IMG/VR virus record: IMGVR_UViG_3300048589_001057
Span: 1-64,000 of that record
Source: a virus
DNA length: 64,000 nt
Direction: 5' to 3' (one strand)
Positions 7,998 to 18,069 of this stretch are shown here, one piece after another; position 1 is the first letter of the stretch; each line of letters begins with the position of its first letter. A model generated the notes under the pieces. That model saw nothing but the letters and a program-made list of their open reading frames with translations, had not been told where the DNA came from and searched no databases. A program made the position numbers and the translations under genes.

Positions 7998-9458
7998 ATG
8001 GCAATATCAGATTGGTTCAAAAGTAATCCCATAACCCCACTCAAACAGAGAGTTACTAGGCCCGATGTAAAGGTAGCTCCACCAGGTAGGGTGAGCCAAG
8101 TTGACTTGCCCAATATGATGGCTAGCTTTGAAAAAGAAGCGGCACAACTTGCCCCAGAGAAATACCTAAAACTAATACCCTTAATCCGTAAAAGCTACCC
8201 TTTTATCCAGAACTTGGCTTTGGCCATTCAGGACATGGTTCAGCTTACTAATACTGGCCATAAAGTTTATTTTGATAATTCTACTAAACCAGAATTGGTT
8301 AAAGAGATGAGAGATGAACTTATAGCTTCAGGTAAATCCTGGTTGGTTGGTGGGGCCGGAGTAGAAACTTTGGTTAATAAAATGATTACCCAGATATACA
8401 TTGGAGGGGCTATATCCACAGAATGGGTTCCATCTGAAAATCTCGATGGTATTGAAACAATTGGATTTATCAACCCAGAAACTGTAGTAGTAGAGGTTAA
8501 TAGTAAAGGTAAATTTACTTTTTTCCAACAACCCGCCAATTATTCACTAAACATCCTTAAGTCCCCCAATTTATTAATAGCTCTTAATCCCTTAACCTAT
8601 AAGTATATTGGTATGTCTGGGGATACAGATGATCCAAGGGGTATCCCACCACTGGTATCAGCCCTAGAGGATTTAGGTATCCAAAGGGATATGATGAAAA
8701 ACATTAAATTCATAGTTGAACAACTCGGTATTTTAGGTTTTATTGAGTTGCTAATGGAAAAACCCCCTCAAAACAGAGATGAGAATCCATCTACCTATAA
8801 GAAAAGATTGGAAAACCTATTGATAGAGGCTAAAACTAATCTACTTAAGGGAACTAAAGAAGGTATGTTAGTTGGTTATGATGGGGATCATGAATTTGAA
8901 TTTCATTCTACAACTAACAATATTTCTGGGCTGGATAAAATCTATGCCCTTAACCAAAAGATGGTGGCCAATGGCTTAAAGTATTCCGGTAGCTTCATGG
9001 GTACTACAGAGTCCACCGATACAAATATAAGCATCATCTTCACCAAGATGTTATCTCAATTACATAATGTCCAACTATTCTTACAGGAGGCCTTATCATT
9101 TGGGTATACTTTACATCTTCGGTTAAAGGGGTATGAATTTAAAAACTTAACAGTTGAATTTAATCCATCTACTATTTCTGATGACCTTAAATTACAACAG
9201 GCCACAGAAATAAAGATCCGTAACCAACGGATACTTTATGCCGATGGTATAATCAGTTTACAAACGTATGCCGATAATCTGAACTACGAAAGACCCGACC
9301 AAGCTGAACCCAGAGCTCCAATAGACCCAGATGGGACAATAGCTAAGGAGAAATCCAGGCAAGAAAGGGAAAAGAAAAAGGATGACTCTGACCGTAGAGT
9401 TAGGGATAAAAATAACCCCCAACCCAAGAGAAGAGATAACGAATCAAAAACACCATAA
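7998..9458 (+). CDS. portal protein
   Basis: Directly after terL, 486 aa, PRGIPPL motif. Confidence 0.8.
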   Translation: MAISDWFKSNPITPLKQRVTRPDVKVAPPGRVSQVDLPNMMASFEKEAAQLAPEKYLKLIPLIRKSYPFIQNLALAIQDMVQLTNTGHKVYFDNSTKPELVKEMRDELIASGKSWLVGGAGVETLVNKMITQIYIGGAISTEWVPSENLDGIETIGFINPETVVVEVNSKGKFTFFQQPANYSLNILKSPNLLIALNPLTYKYIGMSGDTDDPRGIPPLVSALEDLGIQRDMMKNIKFIVEQLGILGFIELLMEKPPQNRDENPSTYKKRLENLLIEAKTNLLKGTKEGMLVGYDGDHEFEFHSTTNNISGLDKIYALNQKMVANGLKYSGSFMGTTESTDTNISIIFTKMLSQLHNVQLFLQEALSFGYTLHLRLKGYEFKNLTVEFNPSTISDDLKLQQATEIKIRNQRILYADGIISLQTYADNLNYERPDQAEPRAPIDPDGTIAKEKSRQEREKKKDDSDRRVRDKNNPQPKRRDNESKTP

Positions 9459-9460
9459 CC

Positions 9461-10933
9461 ATGCCATTTGAAATACTCGAAATGAGAGGCTCTCATGCAA
9501 TGATCCTCCCCCACTTACCTACTTCAATCCCTATGGAAGGAGTTGATAAAGTAATGCACTCAGCTAAGGAAGATAGTTTAGAGAAGTTGGGCCTATTTGA
9601 TTCCGGCTCTCCCAATTATTATACCTATTATCCCGAGGTTACTCAGGCGGATATGCAGCCGGAGGATGGGGATTTTATTTATCCAGTATTTAGGCTGTTA
9701 TCTAAAATCATAATAGCCCCCAAACAAATGGCTGTAGATTTTACCTCTAAGGATGTTCTTAAGAATTCTATGGATTTACTGGTAGGCCAATCCATATTCT
9801 TGGATCATGAGAGTATAACAGGGAGTGTAATGGGTGTAGTTCAATCCGTTCATTGGCAAGAGTCCTACAAAATTGGTGGTGTTACTATTCCTGCCGGTAT
9901 TAATGGGGTACTCAAAATAGATGCTAAATCAAACCCCAGGGTTGTACGGGCTATTATGATGGATCCCCCAAGTATCCACTCTTGCTCAGTAACTATCAAT
10001 TTCCACTGGGTAAAATCCCATGACTTACCGGATAATGAATTCTATAGTAAGTTAGGGACTTTTGATAATTCAGGAAAAAGAATAAGAAAAGTGGTAGATG
10101 ATATTAACCTCTACTTCGAATTATCCCTGGTTCCTCATGGGGCTGACCCATTTGCCAAAAAACTCACAGGAGGTAAGATAGTAATGGCAAAACAAGCAAG
10201 TAAGCACTACCAGCTATCTCTATCAGCAAACCAGGTGAATAGAGAACCCTATATGTCTGTAACTGGTACTGGTGATTTAGTACCCTACCAGTCAGCCACT
10301 CTCAACTTTCGGCAGATTAACCTTTTCGATACTAATTCTTTTAATATTAACAACCTTAATAACGACGAAATGAAATTTACAGACCTCCTCCTAAGCTTAG
10401 GCCTCACTATTGAGCAAATCCCTGATGAAGAAGCTTTGATAGCTCACTTCCAAAGTAATGCCTCCAGGATAACCGATCTGGAATCAGAGGTATCTACGCT
10501 TACTTCAGAAAATGAAAACCTAACCGGTGAAGTATCTACTCTCACTAATTCTATTGAAGAGTTGAATACCCAAATTGCCACCCTCACCGATAACCAAGCT
10601 ACACCAGAAGTTCTGGCTATGCGAGATGCTGGTTTAGCTCATCTTATGCAAGTAAGGTCACAGGCTTTATCCTTTTATAAACTTCTTAAAGGAGATAAGG
10701 CTTCAGAGGTTATTGTTAATTCCATTAACTCTGCAGACCTCGAAGCGGCCTTAGCATTTGCCCAAAACTTCAAGGAAGAATACGAAGCTGCTGTACCTTT
10801 ATCCTGTGGAAAATGTGGTAGTACCAATGTATCTCGGAAAACTCCCAAAGTACCATTCAATTCCACCGAAGGCCGTAAGGGCTACTTGGATAAGGCCAGC
10901 AAAAAGGAAACTGAAAGCTTCTTAAGCAAGTAA
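9461..10933 (+). CDS. prohead protease / scaffold fusion
   Basis: Position after portal. Protease-like FLDHE and ELSLVPHGADP. C-terminal coiled coil and CxxC. Confidence 0.7.
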   Translation: MPFEILEMRGSHAMILPHLPTSIPMEGVDKVMHSAKEDSLEKLGLFDSGSPNYYTYYPEVTQADMQPEDGDFIYPVFRLLSKIIIAPKQMAVDFTSKDVLKNSMDLLVGQSIFLDHESITGSVMGVVQSVHWQESYKIGGVTIPAGINGVLKIDAKSNPRVVRAIMMDPPSIHSCSVTINFHWVKSHDLPDNEFYSKLGTFDNSGKRIRKVVDDINLYFELSLVPHGADPFAKKLTGGKIVMAKQASKHYQLSLSANQVNREPYMSVTGTGDLVPYQSATLNFRQINLFDTNSFNINNLNNDEMKFTDLLLSLGLTIEQIPDEEALIAHFQSNASRITDLESEVSTLTSENENLTGEVSTLTNSIEELNTQIATLTDNQATPEVLAMRDAGLAHLMQVRSQALSFYKLLKGDKASEVIVNSINSADLEAALAFAQNFKEEYEAAVPLSCGKCGSTNVSRKTPKVPFNSTEGRKGYLDKASKKETESFLSK

Positions 10934-10935
10934 TC

Positions 10936-11340
10936 ATGTGGTACTCAGACAAAAACTTAAACTTATTAGTCTGGGTTTTAGTTGCTTTCCTCATGGTATT
11001 TCAGAATGCCTATACAATGAGGTGGGGCATGGCTTACAGGGACATGCCTAAAAGGTGGTATAAAACCTGGAAAACTATATCATTCTGGATTAGGGTTATG
11101 CCATTCCCCATCATCTGGTTTCAGCATAGCTTGGCATGGGCTTTAATCTATGGGATCATAGTCTCAGTATTTTATACTCTAATAGAAAACCTCTTTCTCG
11201 GTAAAGGATTTTTTAAAAGCCCAATCCCACAGGGTAATCCCACGCAATTAGTTAACATATTATTTCATGAGGCTTTAGTAGTAACCTTCAAACTTTGTGT
11301 AGTGGTTCTTCTATTCATAGCCATAATATTTAACTGGTAA
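10936..11340 (+). CDS. multi-TM membrane protein (paralog of 17642-18007)
   Basis: Hydrophobic segments; shared NAY...WG and W..I.F.IR pattern. Confidence 0.7.
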   Translation: MWYSDKNLNLLVWVLVAFLMVFQNAYTMRWGMAYRDMPKRWYKTWKTISFWIRVMPFPIIWFQHSLAWALIYGIIVSVFYTLIENLFLGKGFFKSPIPQGNPTQLVNILFHEALVVTFKLCVVVLLFIAIIFNW

Positions 11341-11994
11341 ATGAAACTCCAGAAATTTTCCCGGCGGTTAGGTAATTCTGAACTTCTTAATACCTCCTTA
11401 ATCCTATCAATCAATCCCCTGGGTAGCGATACAGTAATATCCTATAAATACTTTGAGAAGGTTATAAATATAGTTCTAACTGGCACAGTTAGCGAGATTT
11501 TATCCACCCTATCAACAAATCGTAAGTATTCTATAGATTTACTGGTACTACATGTTATCTCTATTGATGGCCTTGTAAAAAACCAGGATATGCCAATCAA
11601 TTTATCCTCTGTAATTCGGGGGGTAACCCGGGGAAGCCATAGTCTCTTATATTGTGATGCCTCATACTTTAACAGGGACACTAAGAGTGTTTCTATTGAA
11701 GTATCAGAAACTCTGGATCAAATAGTTACCGATCAATTATTTACATTTGAAGCAGGTACTGGGCCCACTAGCTTAGCTCTAAGTGGGGTCGACTTGATAG
11801 ATGGAGATACTTTGATTACCCATGATATGGGTACTAGTCTTATGGGGGTATTCATCCAAATTGATGGCATATGGCAGCCATGGTCATTCCACTATGGGCA
11901 AGATGAAAGTGAATTAACCCCAAGTGAACAACTCATTTCAGTATATATTCCTTTCTCGGAATCCAAAACAGTAAACTTAAACCTAATATTCTAA
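11341..11994 (+). CDS. hypothetical protein; N-terminal domain paralogous to 18070-19164
   Basis: MKL.KF......EL.N, RG......LLYC, V.ET.D.I. Confidence 0.7.
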   Translation: MKLQKFSRRLGNSELLNTSLILSINPLGSDTVISYKYFEKVINIVLTGTVSEILSTLSTNRKYSIDLLVLHVISIDGLVKNQDMPINLSSVIRGVTRGSHSLLYCDASYFNRDTKSVSIEVSETLDQIVTDQLFTFEAGTGPTSLALSGVDLIDGDTLITHDMGTSLMGVFIQIDGIWQPWSFHYGQDESELTPSEQLISVYIPFSESKTVNLNLIF

Positions 11995-11996
11995 GT

Positions 11997-14900
11997 ATGC
12001 CTAAAATATTTGCTTTATACATTCTACTCCTAGTTTCCCCCTTACTGGGTTGGTCTCAAGTGGCTTTAACCCGTACACCCGGAGATTATCAAGTAACTCG
12101 GGGGCTAAAGATTGGGAATTCCACTTGGGTTACTCCGGGCCTTATAAAATACACCAGTAATACTTGGTGGGGGTATAATGGCTCATCCTGGGTTGATCTT
12201 GGTAATATCACACCCCAAACTCTAACCCTAAGTAATGACACCATTTATCTTACTAATGGGGGATTTGTTGTATTACCCGAGAGCTCAAATTTTGATGGCC
12301 AATACAGTAGTTTATCGGGGGCTCCAACAAATGTAAGCTATTTTATTAATGACGCCGGATACCTTACCGAGGATACCGCTTTAAGCGAAGCTCAGGTAGA
12401 TTACTATGTATCTAATAATGGTTTTGTAACTGGTACCCCATGGTTATCTGAAGGTTTTATAACTGATGGGAATATCGGTTGGGATAATTCTTATGGTTTT
12501 ATAGTATCAGAAGTTGATGGGAGTGTTACTAATGAGATACAAGAACTCAGTTTAGAGGGGGATACAATTTCCCTAACTAATAGCCCAAGTATTGGAATCC
12601 CTATATCTAATTGGAATGATGCTTACTACCGAAGTAGGTATTTAGATTATGTACTAGATAGTACCATTATTCAAGGTACACCAGGATCATCCGGGCTAGG
12701 GATAGATAGTACTTACTATACTTTACCAACTTATTCTGGTACCACATATTATATTAATCCCACTCCTGGTACTCCCGCTGGGAGTGGTAGTTTTGAAAGC
12801 CCATATAACTCTTGGGCTGGGGTAACTTTTACTGAAGGTTGTACTTATCTACAATTGAGAGGTACAACCTATAACTCTGCTGGCTCTATAACCCCCGGGG
12901 CTTCAGGAGTTACTGTTGGTATAAAGATAGGGGCTTATGGGGATAGCACATTAGCTAAGCCTAAAATCATAGTCTCCAATACAGACCCAGTAATTAGGTT
13001 ATCCGGAGATAATATTTTTCTGGTTAAAGATTTAGAAATACAAGCTTCTAGGTATGGCTTAGGCATACGTCATGATGGCCCTGGAGAAGTTTGGGTTTAT
13101 AACTGTGATATACATGGTGGAACTCATAATTACTGGAAATATGGCCCAACCACATCCCAAGGTACTGTAAAATTACTATACTCCTCATTTCATGATTCCT
13201 GGACTGATAATATATATGGGGATGATATTGAAGAAATAGAAATAGGCCATTGTAACTTCTATGATTGTAACATGGCTTATTTTACTTATCCCGGTGATGA
13301 CGGTTCTTCAGCAGCTCCTGGGGATAACATACAATTAGCTACTGCCTATGGACCATTAACTTTTCATATTCATCATTCTGTAATAGATCACAGTTCTACT
13401 GGGCATAAATTTTGTTTCATAGCTTGGAATGGGTACACTTATGTTGATACCGCTTGGAATGCTATGAATGGTTTAGTAACAGATAATTTAATCATAGGTT
13501 CACGTAGCCAAGGCTTTCTAGGATCCAATGGCCTTGTATATCTAGGGGATATGCAGGCTAAAGATACAGTGATATTCGAAAGGAATATATTTACTGATGG
13601 TAGTGCCGCAGTATATGCAGAATCTTCTAACATACGCCTATCCTATAACCTCATCCACAATGTTAGTACAGGGGTGGTTTTATCCCAAGCCAGAGCTGCT
13701 CTAGTATTACATAATAATACTTTAGCTAATTACTCAAGCGCAGGGGTGGGAGCAATCTCTAGCACATCTGTAATTAGCCGTAATAACGCCTTTTCTTCTG
13801 GGGGAGCATATGCATATAATCCCAATGCTACTTATGACAGTGACTATAATTACTTTCAGGGTTACGTGTCAAGTGGGAGCACAACATTGGCATCATGGCA
13901 GGGGTCTAGTACCAATGATGATAACTCAGATACAGGGGACCCATTATTCAAAGGCGTAGACAGTGCGGATTATAGACCTAATACTGGTTCCCCCCTACTT
14001 GATAATGGGGTTCCTCTTGGGTATAGCTATGACTTAAGTAGAGATGCTATTACAAATCCCCCAAGTATTGGGGCTTACCAAAATACAGTAGCCCCACCTT
14101 CCGGGGAGTATATTCCTGGTACGCCAGATGAAATCTCAGTTGATTCAGCTTTATTAGTGGGTAATATTAAAGTTATCTTAGGGGATTACACCGGTGGGAA
14201 TTATGCTGAATTTAGTGATGGTAATTTACTATTCCATGGTGATGCTGATTTACAATTAGATTGGCGTAATACCCCCTTAGCTAGGGGAGAAACAGGGGAA
14301 ATCCAATTTAATGAAGTGGGGTTATTATCTACCGACAGCTTATTTCACTATGAACGGTCATCAAAGGTATTATCTGTACCATCATTACAGACCACCTCTA
14401 TCAAATTTGGGGATAACTCTATTATGACATCAGCTTCTACTGGTAGTGGCTCTGGTAATTTTCTAGTATCTACCATTCAACCTGGAGATACTCTACCCAT
14501 GCCCCCTCCAGATATTATTTATATGCCAGTAGACACTATCACGGATGATACTCAAGTAGATGTAACTATTCCAATGGGCTATGCCTTAACTTATGTTTAT
14601 TGGGATAATCTAACCACAGTATCAGAGATTAATGTCATAATAGGTGGTGGAGCAGATAACATACATGGGGGAATACTTACCCCAGCTAAGACCATACAAC
14701 CCATAACTGCTCCAAGTATAATGGCCACAGAAGTGAGCTTGGGTATTACAGGTAATGAGTCTCCTGGGATTATCCCAACTTTACGATTAGAAAAAACCCC
14801 ATTCTATACCTATGTTCCACCGGTACCCACTATACCTCCTTACCTAGATGGTAATACTAGTATGTGGATAGCCACTGATAGTACTGAATTTTATGACCTA

Positions 14901-15656
14901 ACCGATGACAATTACGTTAAGATACTTTTTGATAAGGCCAAAAGGAAGAACACCTCGGGGTCTGAAGTTTTACCCTTACCTTTAGATCTAACAGAGTCAC
15001 AATGGACTAAAACTGGTACTGTAACAGCCCATACGGCCAATACCTTTACCACGAGTAATCCTGGTGGGGCTTATAGGTTATTAACTATGCCCATGAGAGC
15101 TGTAATGAAAGCTAATATTACAGGTACTTCAACCAATACTCCTTTATCCATTTATAACAATAACAATGGGGTATCTGCCAATCTAATTGCAGAAGCCGGG
15201 GATGGTGATGCCTATTTCAGTTCTATTGGAAATTATTTCTACTTTAGGGTTAATTCCGCTGCTGATATTACCATTAGTAGTGCCACAGTAAAAAGGGTGG
15301 ATGGTAATCACTTATCCCATAGTACAACATCTATCAGACCAACTTTTGCGGATAATGCAGTAGAATTTAATGGTACTTCCCAATACCTTAAAACTGCCAC
15401 TGGTACTACTGTAACCTACCAACATGCTTTTATTATAGGTAGGAAGGGTTCTGGGGATTACCACCTATACACCTCCCTCACTGGCTTTGGGGAATTATCC
15501 TCTGGGGTATTAACATTGGGGGCTGATGGCGCTGCTACAACCTTCTATGATGTGGATGTAAAAGAATTGGTATTAAGAACAGATGATGACACCAGTATCA
15601 ACAATCAAATTAAGGCTTACTTAAAAGCAAAATATTCAGTAACAGAAGCACCATAA
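11997..15656 (+). CDS. large putative secreted or fibre protein with right-handed beta-helix (pectin-lyase-like) domain
   Basis: Signal-peptide-like N-terminus, beta-helix repeats, and GDPLF...DYRP...SPLLDNG...IGAYQ closing motif. Confidence 0.75.
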   Translation: MPKIFALYILLLVSPLLGWSQVALTRTPGDYQVTRGLKIGNSTWVTPGLIKYTSNTWWGYNGSSWVDLGNITPQTLTLSNDTIYLTNGGFVVLPESSNFDGQYSSLSGAPTNVSYFINDAGYLTEDTALSEAQVDYYVSNNGFVTGTPWLSEGFITDGNIGWDNSYGFIVSEVDGSVTNEIQELSLEGDTISLTNSPSIGIPISNWNDAYYRSRYLDYVLDSTIIQGTPGSSGLGIDSTYYTLPTYSGTTYYINPTPGTPAGSGSFESPYNSWAGVTFTEGCTYLQLRGTTYNSAGSITPGASGVTVGIKIGAYGDSTLAKPKIIVSNTDPVIRLSGDNIFLVKDLEIQASRYGLGIRHDGPGEVWVYNCDIHGGTHNYWKYGPTTSQGTVKLLYSSFHDSWTDNIYGDDIEEIEIGHCNFYDCNMAYFTYPGDDGSSAAPGDNIQLATAYGPLTFHIHHSVIDHSSTGHKFCFIAWNGYTYVDTAWNAMNGLVTDNLIIGSRSQGFLGSNGLVYLGDMQAKDTVIFERNIFTDGSAAVYAESSNIRLSYNLIHNVSTGVVLSQARAALVLHNNTLANYSSAGVGAISSTSVISRNNAFSSGGAYAYNPNATYDSDYNYFQGYVSSGSTTLASWQGSSTNDDNSDTGDPLFKGVDSADYRPNTGSPLLDNGVPLGYSYDLSRDAITNPPSIGAYQNTVAPPSGEYIPGTPDEISVDSALLVGNIKVILGDYTGGNYAEFSDGNLLFHGDADLQLDWRNTPLARGETGEIQFNEVGLLSTDSLFHYERSSKVLSVPSLQTTSIKFGDNSIMTSASTGSGSGNFLVSTIQPGDTLPMPPPDIIYMPVDTITDDTQVDVTIPMGYALTYVYWDNLTTVSEINVIIGGGADNIHGGILTPAKTIQPITAPSIMATEVSLGITGNESPGIIPTLRLEKTPFYTYVPPVPTIPPYLDGNTSMWIATDSTEFYDLTDDNYVKILFDKAKRKNTSGSEVLPLPLDLTESQWTKTGTVTAHTANTFTTSNPGGAYRLLTMPMRAVMKANITGTSTNTPLSIYNNNNGVSANLIAEAGDGDAYFSSIGNYFYFRVNSAADITISSATVKRVDGNHLSHSTTSIRPTFADNAVEFNGTSQYLKTATGTTVTYQHAFIIGRKGSGDYHLYTSLTGFGELSSGVLTLGADGAATTFYDVDVKELVLRTDDDTSINNQIKAYLKAKYSVTEAP

Positions 15657-15659
15657 ACC

Positions 15660-15941
15660 ATGGATAAAATCAAAACAAAATCTGGAGAATTAGCCATCAT
15701 ACAAGTTACACAAGGTGGCTTAGTAGTGGCAGAAGAAGATGGTACCTTTAATATAGGGGTCCCTTTTTCCTTAAAAAATGATGGGGAAGATGATGCCGAA
15801 TTGGTGGTGAGGTTGGCAGCTCAAGAGGTGGGGGAAACTTATCCCCTACTTCTTAGGGCTAACTCCTATTTCTCGGAAGAGCTCATTGGGGATATCATTA
15901 GTGGTATTCCCGCTACTCACTCTATAAAATGGGGTTGCTAA
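15660..15941 (+). CDS. small protein upstream of DGR target
   Basis: PFSLKNDG...KWG. Recalled resemblance to small genes preceding DGR targets in Bacteroidota phages. Confidence 0.6.
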   Translation: MDKIKTKSGELAIIQVTQGGLVVAEEDGTFNIGVPFSLKNDGEDDAELVVRLAAQEVGETYPLLLRANSYFSEELIGDIISGIPATHSIKWGC

Positions 15942-15942
15942 A

Positions 15943-17259
15943 ATGGGAACTATAGGATTAGGTATAAGAGTTGGAAAGGTTCACATTGGCTCAAATGTGA
16001 ACCAATGGTGGTATGGCATTGAATTTGACGAAACAGCAGCAGCAAGCACCATGACACGCATCGCAAGCAGTGAAGATGCAATGTCTTTACATGCAAGTTT
16101 ACCTATACAATCAAGGCAAAGAAGATGTATACTAAGCAATGCAGGAATAGTACAATATTACTTAGATAATAATGATAGCACTAAGAAAGCAGATGGTAGT
16201 GCAGCAGCATTAGATGGTTCGGCAGGTCATGTCATGGTTGAGATACCTCAATTTTATTATAAAATCGAGCGATCAGGAAATATAGCAAGAATGAAAATCA
16301 GTGATTATAACTTACCTGATTTTACATTTAGTCCTAAAATGTACCTGGGCGCTTTCGAGGGGGCAGTTAAGCGCTCAACATCTCAGCTCATGAGCGTAAT
16401 TAACGCAACTGCTGACTTTCGGGGCGGCAATAACAACGCCTCTTGGGATGCTCAGCCCAACAGCCTGCTTGGCAAACCAGCCACTGCAATCAGCCTTACA
16501 AACTTTCGCGCATTTGCCCACAATAACGGGTCAAAATGGTCTGCAAGGTCATACATGTCTCGCGCAAAGATGAACATGCTCTATATGGTTGAGTATGCAA
16601 ACAGGCACGTTCAGGCGGCTTACAATGAGGCTTTGACAGCACAGGGGTATAAGCAAGGCGGGCTTGGAGACGGCGTTTCAAACGTTAACGGTACAAACTG
16701 GGGTACCTTTTCAGGCTACTATCCGTTTGTTCCATGCGGCAGAACCACTGCGCTAGGCAATAAGTCAGGCTTTGTTAACTACGTAGTTGCAGGATTCACC
16801 GGTGGTGATATTACCGTCCCGGTGCCAACATACCGCGGAGTTGAGCACCCTTATGGGCACATTTGGGAATGGGAGGACGGAATACTATATAACATTCAGG
16901 CTAATGATGCAGGCGGGCAATCTCAGGTATTTATATGTGATAACCCCGCAAATTATGCCGATGTACTCACAAACTACAGGCAGGTTGGCTTGCTCCCACG
17001 AAATGAAGGTTACATAACCAGGTGTCTGCTTGATGAGGGGCTTACAATTCCAACTGAGGCGACCGGAGGCAGCTCAACAACGCGCTACTCGGATTATTTC
17101 TATACATCAATACCCGGCTCTGGTAGTGCTATTAGAGGGTCTCTGGTGTCTGCGAATGCGAGTGCTGGCGCGGATGCGGGCCTCTTTTGCCTGAATACGC
17201 TTCACGTTCCGGCGAAGACGAATGCGACCTTCGGGTCTCGGCCTTGCTTCATTCCGTAG
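15943..17259 (+). CDS. DGR target protein (C-terminal CLec/FGE-like variable domain), likely adhesin
   Basis: YRGVEHPYGHIWEWEDG motif; C-terminal VR ending GSRPCFIP that matches the downstream TR. Confidence 0.9.
   Translation: MGTIGLGIRVGKVHIGSNVNQWWYGIEFDETAAASTMTRIASSEDAMSLHASLPIQSRQRRCILSNAGIVQYYLDNNDSTKKADGSAAALDGSAGHVMVEIPQFYYKIERSGNIARMKISDYNLPDFTFSPKMYLGAFEGAVKRSTSQLMSVINATADFRGGNNNASWDAQPNSLLGKPATAISLTNFRAFAHNNGSKWSARSYMSRAKMNMLYMVEYANRHVQAAYNEALTAQGYKQGGLGDGVSNVNGTNWGTFSGYYPFVPCGRTTALGNKSGFVNYVVAGFTGGDITVPVPTYRGVEHPYGHIWEWEDGILYNIQANDAGGQSQVFICDNPANYADVLTNYRQVGLLPRNEGYITRCLLDEGLTIPTEATGGSSTTRYSDYFYTSIPGSGSAIRGSLVSANASAGADAGLFCLNTLHVPAKTNATFGSRPCFIP
17135..17249 (+). repeat. DGR variable repeat (VR)
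   Basis: 115-nt ungapped match to 17336-17450; 14 of 15 mismatches are at TR adenines. Confidence 0.95.
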
Positions 17260-17264
17260 AACGA

Positions 17265-17292
17265 GGCGCGATCGCCGAAGGCCGAAAAACGG
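17265..17292 (+). promoter_or_regulatory. GC-rich hairpins downstream of the VR (candidate DGR homing hairpin)
   Basis: GGCG-CGAT-CGCC (17265-17276) and CCG-AAAAA-CGG (17282-17292). Confidence 0.5.
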
Positions 17293-17335
17293 AGCACGGG
17301 GCGATTTTAGTTCTTTGATTAAGGTTGTAGTTGGT

Positions 17336-17450
17336 GAGGGTATCTGGTGTCTGCGAATGCGAATAATGGCGCGAATGCGGGCCTCTTTTACCTGAATACG
17401 AATAACGTTCCGGCGAATACGAATGCGAACATCGGGTCTCAGCCAAGCTT
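17336..17450 (+). ncRNA. DGR template repeat (TR)
   Basis: AAT/AAC-rich copy of the VR, followed by a spacer hairpin TGCCA-CT-TGGCA. Confidence 0.95.
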
Positions 17451-17563
17451 TTTAATTAATTGATTTCACCGACTAAACCCTGCCACTTGGCAAAAAATGA
17501 CAATTTTAAACCGCTTTATGGTAGTCACATGGCGAAGTATAGCGGCTTAACAGAAGCAAAACT

Positions 17564-17638
17564 ATGAAACGAATTTCACATCTGTACGAAAAATTATGCA
17601 GCATGGATAACCTCATCCTGGCTGATGCTAATGCTTAA
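17564..17638 (+). pseudogene. truncated DGR reverse transcriptase (24-aa N-terminal stub)
   Basis: MKRISHLYEKLCSMDNLILADANA* matches the typical DGR-RT N-terminus (MKR...LY..I.S.ENL..A) at the expected position. No YxDD core follows. Confidence 0.8.
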
Positions 17639-17641
17639 AAC

Positions 17642-18007
17642 ATGGAAACAACAAACTTATTAATATTACTTTTTATAGGGTTGTTTTTAGCCTTATGGAA
17701 CGCTTACGTAATTGAATGGGGACTATCTACTAATTTAGTTTATCGTAGCAATATGAGTAAACTTTGGCATAGGATAGGTTTCCTTATTCGGGCTGCACTT
17801 GCTTGTTATGTTACGGCTTCATACGGATTGTTCTATGGATGGTTATCAGTAATAGTCCTTTGGCAGCTTTACGATGTGATAATCAATTTAGCACGTAAAA
17901 TGCCAGCCTTCTATGTTGACGAAAAGACCCGTAAAAGCAAGATGTCCACAGTAACGTGGATAGCCAAAGCAGGCTGGTTTTTAGGTGGATTAGCTTTCTT
18001 ATTTTAG
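17642..18007 (+). CDS. multi-TM membrane protein (paralog of 10936-11340)
   Basis: NAYVIEWG...KLWHRIGFLIR. Confidence 0.7.
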   Translation: METTNLLILLFIGLFLALWNAYVIEWGLSTNLVYRSNMSKLWHRIGFLIRAALACYVTASYGLFYGWLSVIVLWQLYDVIINLARKMPAFYVDEKTRKSKMSTVTWIAKAGWFLGGLAFLF

Positions 18008-18069
18008 TTCACCTTTGAAACAATTGGAACAAAAAACCCATTAATTAACCCTTAATTCCGGAGATCACC

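Noticed and set aside
17249-17446. 65-aa minus-strand ORF over the TR
   Set aside because: It is the antisense of the DGR template repeat and hairpins, with no independent coding evidence; not an Avd.
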